Source: Pyrobaculum calidifontis JCM 11548
GTDB taxonomy: Archaea; Thermoproteota; Thermoprotei; Thermoproteales; Thermoproteaceae
NCBI RefSeq assembly: GCF_000015805.1
Contig: NC_009073.1
Coordinates: forward strand, 1,590,001 to 1,622,000
Direction: 5' to 3'
Length of the DNA stretch: 32,000 nt
Below the pieces are notes generated by a model that had not been told where the DNA came from, searched no databases, and saw only the letters and a list, made by a program, of their open reading frames with translations. Position numbers and translations under genes: made by a program. Each line of letters opens with the position of its first letter. Positions within the stretch are counted from its first letter, which is position 1. Below, in pieces: positions 7,212-13,679 of the stretch.

Positions 7212-8492
7212 TTAACTATTGCCGCCCACCTCGCGCCTCAGCTCCCTAAACACCTTCTCCAAAGCGCCTAGCGCCTCTTCGACCACCTCGGCCGTATGCG
7301 CCGCGCTTGTGAAATTGACCTCAAACTGTGACGGGGCTAAGTAGACGCCGTGCCCAATGGCCAACTCGTGCAACTTCAGATAAAGCTTCTCGTTGCTCTC
7401 TCTCACGTCCTGCGGAGTCTTGACATCGCCCTTCTTGAAGTAGAACTGGAACATCGACGCTATGTGCTTAACTACCACGTCGAAGCCAACCCTCTCAGCC
7501 AAGTCCCTTATGCCCTCCGCCATCCTCCTCGCCGCATCGTTGGCGACGGAGTAGACTTGGCCACCCTCCAGCTCCTCGAGGACGGCGAGGCCCGCCGCTA
7601 TCGAGACAGGGTGCGCGTTAAAAGTGCCAGCGTTATAAACGGGACCTTGCGGGGCCACCAAGTCCATGATGAAGGACTTGCCGCCGAAGACGCCTATTGG
7701 GAAGCCGCCGCCGATAACCTTGCCCAAAGTCGTCAAATCAGGTACCACGCCGTACAAGCCCTGCGCGCCGCCTAGGCCTACTCTAAAGCCCGTGATAACT
7801 TCGTCAAATATCAAAAGCGCGCCGACTCTCTCCGTCTCCTCTCTGAGCGCCTTCAAGAACTCCACCTCTGGGAGTATCAAGCCATAGTTGCCGGCGATGG
7901 GCTCCACAATCACTGCGGCCAGCCTATCCCCCACCTCTCTCACCGCCTTAACAAAGGCATCTACGTCGTTGTAAGGCACCACGACCGTCATCTTAACCAC
8001 GTCGCTAGGGATGCCGGCACTCGTCGGGATGCCCCACGTGGCTGCTCCAGACCCAGCCTTGACAAGCACATAGTCGTGAGAGCCATGGAAATTACCATCG
8101 AACTTAATTATGTAGTCCCTCCCAGTAAAGCCCCGAGCCAGCCTAACCGCGTTCATGGTGGCCTCAGTCCCCGAGTTTACAAACCGCATCTTCTCGACAG
8201 AGGGGACATGGGCCCTTATCTTCTCAGCAAACAACACCTCCTCCTCAGTCAACAAGGCATATATCCAGCCCCTGGCCAACTGCTCCTCCACAGCCCTACG
8301 AACCTTGGGATGGGCGTGGCCGAGGATAATGGCGCCAAACGCGAGGCAGAAATCCACAAGCCTCCCCCTATCCGTGTAGAGATACGGCCCCGAAGCCGCC
8401 TTGGCCACCAGGGGAGTGGGGAGGTGCTTAAGCGCACGGGCAGGCGAGTTGACGCCCCCCGGAAAAACAGCCTTTGCCCTCTCAAACAGCAT
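7212..8492 (-). CDS. hemL: Glutamate-1-semialdehyde 2,1-aminomutase
   Basis: LFERAKAVFPGGVNSPARA and the class III aminotransferase body, including the PLP lysine context TLGKVIGGG. The start was moved to the ATG at 8492 (MLFERAK...). The ORF-track start at 8537 abuts the tRNA gene, and TATA 8511-8519 is 23 nt from 8492. Confidence 0.9.
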   Translation of the reverse strand: MLFERAKAVFPGGVNSPARALKHLPTPLVAKAASGPYLYTDRGRLVDFCLAFGAIILGHAHPKVRRAVEEQLARGWIYALLTEEEVLFAEKIRAHVPSVEKMRFVNSGTEATMNAVRLARGFTGRDYIIKFDGNFHGSHDYVLVKAGSGAATWGIPTSAGIPSDVVKMTVVVPYNDVDAFVKAVREVGDRLAAVIVEPIAGNYGLILPEVEFLKALREETERVGALLIFDEVITGFRVGLGGAQGLYGVVPDLTTLGKVIGGGFPIGVFGGKSFIMDLVAPQGPVYNAGTFNAHPVSIAAGLAVLEELEGGQVYSVANDAARRMAEGIRDLAERVGFDVVVKHIASMFQFYFKKGDVKTPQDVRESNEKLYLKLHELAIGHGVYLAPSQFEVNFTSAAHTAEVVEEALGALEKVFRELRREVGGNS

Positions 8493-8510
8493 GAGGACAC
8501 CATCAAACAC

Positions 8511-8519
8511 TTTTAAAAA
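8511..8519. promoter_or_regulatory. Shared (bidirectional) TATA box ttttaaaaa for hemL (minus strand) and tRNA-Pro(TGG) (plus strand)
   Basis: The centre at 8515 is 23 nt from the hemL ATG (8492) and 24 nt from tRNA position 1 (8539). Confidence 0.5.
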
Positions 8520-8538
8520 CTGTACATCAAAGGGCATG

Positions 8539-8666
8539 GGGGCCGTAGTCTAGCCTGGTAGGATAGGGCACAGCCCCCCAAGGCGTGGCTTGGGAGGCGC
8601 AGCCCAAGCCCCCACGTGACCCCGGGAGGGAGACCCCCGGGAATTCAAATCCCGGCGGCCCCACCA
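8539..8666 (+). tRNA. tRNA-Pro (anticodon TGG at 8591-8593) with three predicted introns; CCA encoded
   Basis: Hand fold: acceptor GGGGCCG/CGGCCCC, D arm GTCT-AGCCTGGTA-GGAT, anticodon arm CGTGG-CTTGGG(A/C)-CCACG, T arm CCGGG-TTCAAAT-CCCGG, discriminator A plus CCA. A cloverleaf is only obtained after removing about 18 nt at 26/27 (8566-8583), about 16 nt next to the anticodon (about 8595-8610) and 17 nt at 53/54 (8627-8643). That takes 128 nt down to 77 nt. Confidence 0.85.
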
Positions 8667-8723
8667 CACTCTCCTCCACGCGAAACCCCACAGAAGTTTA
8701 TACATAGAGGCAAGGCGAAAAAG

Positions 8724-8731
8724 TTTAAAAA
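8724..8731 (+). promoter_or_regulatory. TATA box tttaaaaa of tRNA-Gln
   Basis: Centred about 24 nt upstream of tRNA position 1 (8752). Confidence 0.5.
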
Positions 8732-8751
8732 CGCGGCGGTATAAAGAGGCG

Positions 8752-8876
8752 AGCCCGGTCGTCTAGCGGCCAACGGGGAACCCGGCTAGGGATGCGGGGC
8801 TTTGGATCCAAGGGAGGAGAAACCCCGTGGCCCGGGAGGAGCAAGCCCGGGAATTCGAATCCCGGCCGGGCTACCA
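8752..8876 (+). tRNA. tRNA-Gln (anticodon TTG at 8802-8804) with three predicted introns; CCA encoded
   Basis: Hand fold: acceptor AGCCCGG/CCGGGCT (A1:U72 as in archaeal tRNA-Gln), D arm GTCT-AGCGGCCAA-GGAT, anticodon arm CGGGG-CTTTGGA-CCCCG, T arm CCGGG-TTCGAAT-CCCGG. The fold requires removing 16 nt in the D loop (8774-8789), about 16 nt after the anticodon (about 8806-8821) and 17 nt at 53/54 (8837-8853). Confidence 0.85.
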
Positions 8877-9042
8877 CGCTCTTACTCTCCCCCGATTGAG
8901 CGCTGTACATAGACCGCCGCTTAAACTACCTAACAGTCTCAAGACTCCCCCTATTCACGATACATATTCTAGACGCCGACCTACTACTATGAGGACGTTT
9001 AACACTGAGGAAGGTCACAAGTTGAAAATGGCGTGGCGGTAG

Positions 9043-9099
9043 CCGGCCCCGCCTTCATTCATCCCCGTGACTCGGGGACGTCGGCGGGCGGGGAGCCGG
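9043..9099. other. GC-rich extended hairpin with asymmetric internal loop (possible structured RNA)
   Basis: CCGGC-C-CCCGCC / ttcattcat / CCCCG-tgact-CGGGG / acgtc / GGCGGG-cgggga-GCCGG, read directly from the sequence. It lies in the 230-bp intergenic region upstream of the ggt TATA (9105-9112). Confidence 0.3.
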
Positions 9100-9130
9100 G
9101 GGGTGTATTAATATGGGGGTTGGTTTTTGT

Positions 9131-10522
9131 ATGTTTCTCGGCCGTAGATTCGCAATAGCGTCGGAGAGCTACTTAGCCTCTAGGGCGGGGTTTGAGGCCT
9201 ACAAGCTCGGGGGCAACGCCGTAGACGCGGCGGTGTGCGCCTCCATTGTGCTCACGTATACTCTCCCCCACCTCGGCGGAGTGGGGGGCGACCTCTTGGC
9301 GTTGGTGCACCGCGGAGGCTCCGTTGATGCGGTGTTGGGACTTGGGTGGGCCCCCAGGCGGGTTCCCGAGAGGCCTCCTGCTAGAGACCTTCAGTCGGCC
9401 GTGGTGCCTGGCTACGTGGCCGGGCTTTACGAACTCCACAAGAGGTACGGCGCGTTGGAGTGGGGACGCGTAGTCGACGTGGCCCTAGACGCCATGGCGC
9501 AAGCCACGATGCACCCCTCCCTAGTGTCCGCCATTGAGAAAAACGAGGCGCTCCTCAGAGGAGACCCCGGGGGCAGAGTGTACCTAGAACTGCCAAGGCG
9601 CCCAGGCGCGCCGTACCGCATAGAGCCTCTGCTGAGGCTCTGGGAGCGGCTGAGGGACGACCCCCTGTCCTTCTACGACGAAGTCGCCGAAGACATAGTT
9701 GCGCTTGGCCACTTTGAGCCCGAGGACTTCAAGCTGTATAGACCCGAGGTTAGGCGCCCAATCTCGGTGAAGCTCGGCGACGCCGTTGTGTACGAGGCGC
9801 CGCCCCCCTCGCTGGGCTTCGCCGTGCTTCTCGCCGCCAAACTCGCCAAGCCCGCCGCCTCCCCCTTCAGCTACGAGAGGATAAAGAACACAGTGGCAGC
9901 GCTTAAGAAGGCGCATTGGGCCAGGGACAGATATCTACACGACGGCAACGTCCCAGTGGACGACTTGCTCTCGGGCAAGATAGAGCTGGGAGAGGCCTTG
10001 CGGCCGGCGCCCACCCCCGGCACCACCTACCTAGCGGCTGCAGACGGCGGACAAGTGGTTTCTGTAATACAGTCTCTGTACTACCCCTTCGGCGCTGGCG
10101 TCACCACGGCCAAATACGCCATCACTTTGAACAACAGGGCAAGCGACTTCACCGACGGCCTCAACAAGGCGGCCCCCCACAAGAGGCCAGCCCACACCCT
10201 CTCCGCAACAGTGGTCGAGAGAGGCGAAGAGGTCTACGCCTTGGGCGCCAGCGCGGGCCACTACAGGCCGGCCATCTACGCCCAGCTAATACACAACCTA
10301 GTAGTGTACAAAATGGCCCCAAGAGACGCAGTGTGGGCCCCCAGGTTTATATGGCTGGGAGGCGACGAGGTACAGGCAGAGGAAGGCTACGAGCAGGAGC
10401 CAGGAGTCCACCTCGTAAAATACCCAAGCAGGCTGGGAGTCGCCGCCCTGGCCTACAAAGGCCTAGACCACGTAGGCGCCGTAGCCGACATACGCGGCGA
10501 CGGAATCGCCATAGGCATTTAG
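9131..10522 (+). CDS. ggt: Gamma-glutamyltransferase family protein (Ntn hydrolase)
   Basis: The autoprocessing/nucleophile context is PGTTYLAAADGG and GGT-like blocks (GGVGGDLLALV, SLGF) are present. The start was refined to the ATG at 9131, 23 nt from TATA tattaata at 9105-9112. Confidence 0.85.
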   Translation: MFLGRRFAIASESYLASRAGFEAYKLGGNAVDAAVCASIVLTYTLPHLGGVGGDLLALVHRGGSVDAVLGLGWAPRRVPERPPARDLQSAVVPGYVAGLYELHKRYGALEWGRVVDVALDAMAQATMHPSLVSAIEKNEALLRGDPGGRVYLELPRRPGAPYRIEPLLRLWERLRDDPLSFYDEVAEDIVALGHFEPEDFKLYRPEVRRPISVKLGDAVVYEAPPPSLGFAVLLAAKLAKPAASPFSYERIKNTVAALKKAHWARDRYLHDGNVPVDDLLSGKIELGEALRPAPTPGTTYLAAADGGQVVSVIQSLYYPFGAGVTTAKYAITLNNRASDFTDGLNKAAPHKRPAHTLSATVVERGEEVYALGASAGHYRPAIYAQLIHNLVVYKMAPRDAVWAPRFIWLGGDEVQAEEGYEQEPGVHLVKYPSRLGVAALAYKGLDHVGAVADIRGDGIAIGI

Positions 10523-10558
10523 GAGAAAAGTTTAAAGACAAAGACACCATAGACGCAT

Positions 10559-10720
10559 ATGCAGTTTAAATGCGCCATATGCGGCCGAGAAGACACTCCA
10601 CTACTCGAGGCAAATGTAAAAGGCATGGGAGCGGTGCTCGTATGCCCCGACTGTTGGTCAAAGCTAATGGCAGAGAACAAGATCATAATCGGCACCTCCG
10701 GAGGTTGCGCCTGTGGATAA
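10559..10720 (+). CDS. 53-aa zinc-ribbon mini-protein (below the ORF-track cutoff)
   Basis: Hand translation: MQFKCAICGREDTPLLEANVKGMGAVLVCPDCWSKLMAENKIIIGTSGGCACG*. It has two CxxC knuckles (C5/C8, C29/C32) plus a C-terminal CACG. TATA tttaaaga at 10531-10538 is centred 24 nt upstream of the ATG. Confidence 0.5.
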   Translation: MQFKCAICGREDTPLLEANVKGMGAVLVCPDCWSKLMAENKIIIGTSGGCACG

Positions 10721-10772
10721 ACCCAGAATGAGTAAAAAGGGAGGGGGTGATTTTAAAGGGGACGCTGTAGAC

Positions 10773-11033
10773 TCACCCGCAATAGCAGGTACATTGCATC
10801 TGTCCAGAACGTCTCGATCGTCTCTTTGAGAGGTGCCTTTCGAGGACTTTAGCCAAAATATATACGGCTAATATTGTTGCAACTATTGGTATTACCGCTC
10901 TATACACTAATCTGGAAATTAGTTCATTAAACATCGCGCCAATGTTGCCTGTCTCAACGGGCGTAAACGCCAGTGCGTAGGCGCCTGCCATTAGCGCCAT
11001 AAGCAACGCCAGCGCGCCCCGCTTAGTCACCAT
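10773..11033 (-). CDS. 86-aa membrane protein: signal-like N-terminus, one further TM helix, basic cytosolic tail ending CTCYCG
   Basis: MVTKRGALALLMALMAGAYALA (signal/TM), then AVIPIVATILAVYILAKVL (TM), then SKRRSRRSGQMQCTCYCG. A TATA at 11050-11058 lies about 21 nt upstream of the ATG. Confidence 0.5.
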   Translation of the reverse strand: MVTKRGALALLMALMAGAYALAFTPVETGNIGAMFNELISRLVYRAVIPIVATILAVYILAKVLERHLSKRRSRRSGQMQCTCYCG

Positions 11034-11089
11034 TTAACGCTTGGACATGTTATAAAAAGTTTTCGTCGATGAGCCTTCGTAGAAAGGTG

Positions 11090-11212
11090 TGGTGGGGCCG
11101 CCGGGATTTGAATTCCCGGGGTTCCCCTCCCGGGATCACCGGCGTTCTCTAGACCCCTGCCGCGGGGAGTCTTCCCCAGGCCGGCATCCTAGCCAGGCTA
11201 GACTACGGCCCC
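11090..11212 (-). tRNA. tRNA-Pro (anticodon GGG at 11175-11177) with two predicted introns; CCA encoded
   Basis: The reverse complement folds as GGGGCCG-TA-GTCT-AGCCTGGCTA-GGAT-G-CCGGC-CTGGGGA-[29 nt]-GCCGG-TGATC-CCGGG-[16 nt AGGGGAACCCCGGGAA]-TTCAAAT-CCCGG-CGGCCCC-A-CCA. The palindromic TATA tttataaa at 11238-11245 is upstream. Confidence 0.85.
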
Positions 11213-11301
11213 GTTCCTTTCCCTCCTTGTGACGCGTTTATAAATTTTTTAGCCTGTTGTAGAGCCAAAGGCGGAACTTGGACATGCCATTAAGTCTAAC
11301 A

Positions 11302-13437
11302 TCAAGCACCTCCATGCGGAGAAGCTCTCTCCCCTCCCTCTTCACGGGAAAGGTCATGTACTTTTATCCATAGCTTTAAAAACATGGGCCAACCCACTCT
11401 GGCTGGTAGTTCAAGGGCGTTCCAATTCCACTTCGGCCACTTTTGCTCTTTGGCAACCAGCCCCAGCCGCCTCTCCAACTGCTCCACCGCTGGGCGAAGC
11501 TCCTCTGCCAATTCGCCTAGGACTCTCTTTGCCGACTTCTCATCGCTACACGACTCGCAGTAGAGGAGGAAGTGGCGGAAGTCTGTGTACAGCTTAAACA
11601 CGGCCGCCCGCTCGGCGCCCCCCACACCTCTCACTTTGAAGTAGAGACTGACGCCTCTCTTCGTCCACTCCACCTTGTCCACACCCTCCACTCTGGCGAA
11701 GAGACCCTCAAGGGCCTTCGCCGCCTCTGGTTGCGTGGGGGTCGTGACGGCCTTGTGTGCCAACCACAGCTCAACGGCCCACCTCTCCTCAACGACGCCG
11801 AGGAGTTGGGCGAGAGCCAGAAGCGAGATGACCTTAGGCGCGTCTGACCCGGCAAGCCCACTCCACGACTTGGCCAGAGACGCCGCGTACTCAAGCACCT
11901 CGCCCGCGAGGACTGCTCCAAGCACCCTGACCGCGTCCCTGGAGCTGGCGTATACGACCGCGCCCTTACCTATCGCCCTTATTTTCGCCCCATACGCGCC
12001 AGCCCACGTGGCCAAGAGGCGTAGGACTGCCTCGGCAACCTCGGTGTATTTGGCTGAAAAGCCAAGCGTCTTGTGGACGAAGTCCACTACGCCGTCTCCC
12101 ACGAGGAGAGAAAGCCACTCCCTTGGGCTATTTACAATGCCGATGAGGAGGCGGCCCGCCACTGCAATTGCGAGAGCCTCGTCGCTACGGCCAGCGTCTA
12201 ACGCCTCCCGCTCCTTCTCCTCGAACAGGCGCTTTAGACCCTCGACAAGGGCCTTTCTGCCACTCTCAACGCCTTCCCTCTTCCCCACCTCAGCGGCTTT
12301 ATCTGTTATGCGTTTGATGTCCTCGCATAGCTTGCGCATCGCCTCTAGCCACATGCCCTTGGCCTCGTCCACTACGAACCATAACTCCTTCCCGTACCTT
12401 TCGGCGATGTCGTTAAAAAGCTCTTTAAACGGCTTGTCGTCACGAGCAACAGCTCTGAATGTCAGAGCGAAGCCAGCCTCGGTGTGCGACACCCCAGCCA
12501 CTTCAATCTCTACCCTCTCGAAGGGGTGCGCAAAAAGCTTGAGGAGAAGGGGATCGGGAGTTTCTATCTCTTTCCCAGAGGCATCTGACACCAGTAGGCC
12601 CCTAAGGCCCTCCACACTGGCGGCGCCTCCGTCCACCTCTGCTTCAAGCTTCGCCAGCCTAAGCTCCACCTGTGCCACGTGCTTATCGGAACCGCTCGGT
12701 TTGTGGATCTTTGCAGTTGCCAGCCTGAGCCACCTCTCGCCGCCCCACTCCACTTCCTCAAAGCGGACTGGGAGGCCAGCGATGGACTTAGCAAACACCT
12801 CAACCCTTATCGACTTCTCTCCGCCCAGGAAGACTAACACAACCACACCATCGGCCCTTGCGCCCCCATACACGACGTCGCCCACCTCGTAGCATAGGTA
12901 GTGCACCATGTCCTTCTTGCGCACGTCGAGTGTATCGACGAGCTCCTTGTCTACGTGGACGTAGTTCTTTCTCCCAGCCTCGTCAACTCTAGCCGTAGCC
13001 CTCCACCTCTCGTGCACCGCCCTATAGATGAGGCCAAGCGCGGCCTCCACAGCCGCCGCGGCGTTTGCCATGAAGTGGTCCACCTCGTCGCGAGTCACCT
13101 CGCGTGCCGCTTTGCTCATAAGTCTAGCTCTTATTAAGCCCTTCGTCTCGGTCTCCAGGTTTGCCTTCACTGCGCCTTCGACCAGGCGGGCGAAGTCGGC
13201 TGAGGCAAAGCCCCTGGAGACGTGGCCGACCAGACTCCCCTCCAGTCCCTCCACGGCCCTAAGCCCACTCAACACGTCGCCGAGGGCCTTATCGACGTCG
13301 GCCTTGGCTACTGGGTTGAAAAAGCCCAAAGCGGCCAGCTCGGCGAACTGGGATGCGCCCGTTGTGGCCATCTCCGCATTAGCCGAGGGGGCGTTGCGGC
13401 ATCCAGGGTAAAGCGTAGCGGGGACACTTGTGTGCAC
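11302..13437 (-). CDS. 711-aa hypothetical protein, Ala/Glu/Leu/Val/Arg-rich and probably largely alpha-helical, with no recognisable catalytic or binding motif; possibly a Pyrobaculum-specific paralogous (PaREP2-like) family member
   Basis: A long uninterrupted ORF. GTG start at 13437, with the TATA-like aatataag at 13459-13466 centred 25 nt upstream. The ATG at 13371 (MATTGASQF) is an alternative. I could not find a P-loop, nuclease, HTH or other familiar motif. The C-terminus is Trp-rich (KWPKWNWNALELPARVGWPMFLKLW). The PaREP2 suggestion is from memory only and is unverified. Confidence 0.65.
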   Translation of the reverse strand: MHTSVPATLYPGCRNAPSANAEMATTGASQFAELAALGFFNPVAKADVDKALGDVLSGLRAVEGLEGSLVGHVSRGFASADFARLVEGAVKANLETETKGLIRARLMSKAAREVTRDEVDHFMANAAAAVEAALGLIYRAVHERWRATARVDEAGRKNYVHVDKELVDTLDVRKKDMVHYLCYEVGDVVYGGARADGVVVLVFLGGEKSIRVEVFAKSIAGLPVRFEEVEWGGERWLRLATAKIHKPSGSDKHVAQVELRLAKLEAEVDGGAASVEGLRGLLVSDASGKEIETPDPLLLKLFAHPFERVEIEVAGVSHTEAGFALTFRAVARDDKPFKELFNDIAERYGKELWFVVDEAKGMWLEAMRKLCEDIKRITDKAAEVGKREGVESGRKALVEGLKRLFEEKEREALDAGRSDEALAIAVAGRLLIGIVNSPREWLSLLVGDGVVDFVHKTLGFSAKYTEVAEAVLRLLATWAGAYGAKIRAIGKGAVVYASSRDAVRVLGAVLAGEVLEYAASLAKSWSGLAGSDAPKVISLLALAQLLGVVEERWAVELWLAHKAVTTPTQPEAAKALEGLFARVEGVDKVEWTKRGVSLYFKVRGVGGAERAAVFKLYTDFRHFLLYCESCSDEKSAKRVLGELAEELRPAVEQLERRLGLVAKEQKWPKWNWNALELPARVGWPMFLKLWIKVHDLSREEGGERASPHGGA

Positions 13438-13592
13438 AGGTAGACAACGCGTGAGCGAATATAAGCTATTTCGTTACGGAGATGTTATGAGAAATCACTA
13501 AAACTTTTACTCAACCCACTGTCTTAACGTTAGTGGAGGGCGGCCGTGGCCACCTCGCCAGCAATGCCTTGCCCAAGCCGGAGCACTTTTGC

Positions 13593-13613
13593 TAGCACTA
13601 CACCAGGGTGCTA
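13593..13613. repeat. 6-bp perfect inverted repeat TAGCAC-n9-GTGCTA
   Basis: Read directly from the sequence, within the 480-bp non-coding tract. Confidence 0.8.
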
Positions 13614-13629
13614 CACGTGAAAAGGCATG

Positions 13630-13679
13630 TATATAGCCTCAGCCACTCAATAATTCCTGGAACACGAAGAGGCTATATA
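13630..13679. repeat. 11-bp perfect inverted repeat TATATAGCCTC-n28-GAGGCTATATA
   Basis: Left arm 13630-13640, right arm 13669-13679. The loop contains the sub-palindrome TTCCTGGAA. No ORF overlaps it. Confidence 0.9.

Noticed and set aside
8989-9030. ATGAGGA ... CTGA ... TTGAAAA as a C/D-box sRNA
   Set aside because: The C box is degenerate, the first spacer is 9 nt instead of about 12, and there is no terminal D box.
8725-9042. ORFs 8725..8910 (minus strand) and 8827..9042 (plus strand)
   Set aside because: They run through the tRNA-Gln gene and its flank. No promoter is present at a suitable distance and there is no protein-like composition.
9916-10569. 217-aa Arg/Gly/Pro-rich plus-strand ORF and other alternative-frame ORFs across 9173-10550
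   Set aside because: They overlap the ggt reading frame, which carries clear family motifs. The composition is typical of off-frame translation of GC-rich DNA.
11675-12892. 405-aa plus-strand ORF rich in Ser/Thr/Ala/Pro/Arg
   Set aside because: It is antisense to the 711-aa gene. The low-complexity composition is typical of the reverse frame of a GC-rich, Ala/Glu/Leu-rich gene. No TATA box lies at the right distance.
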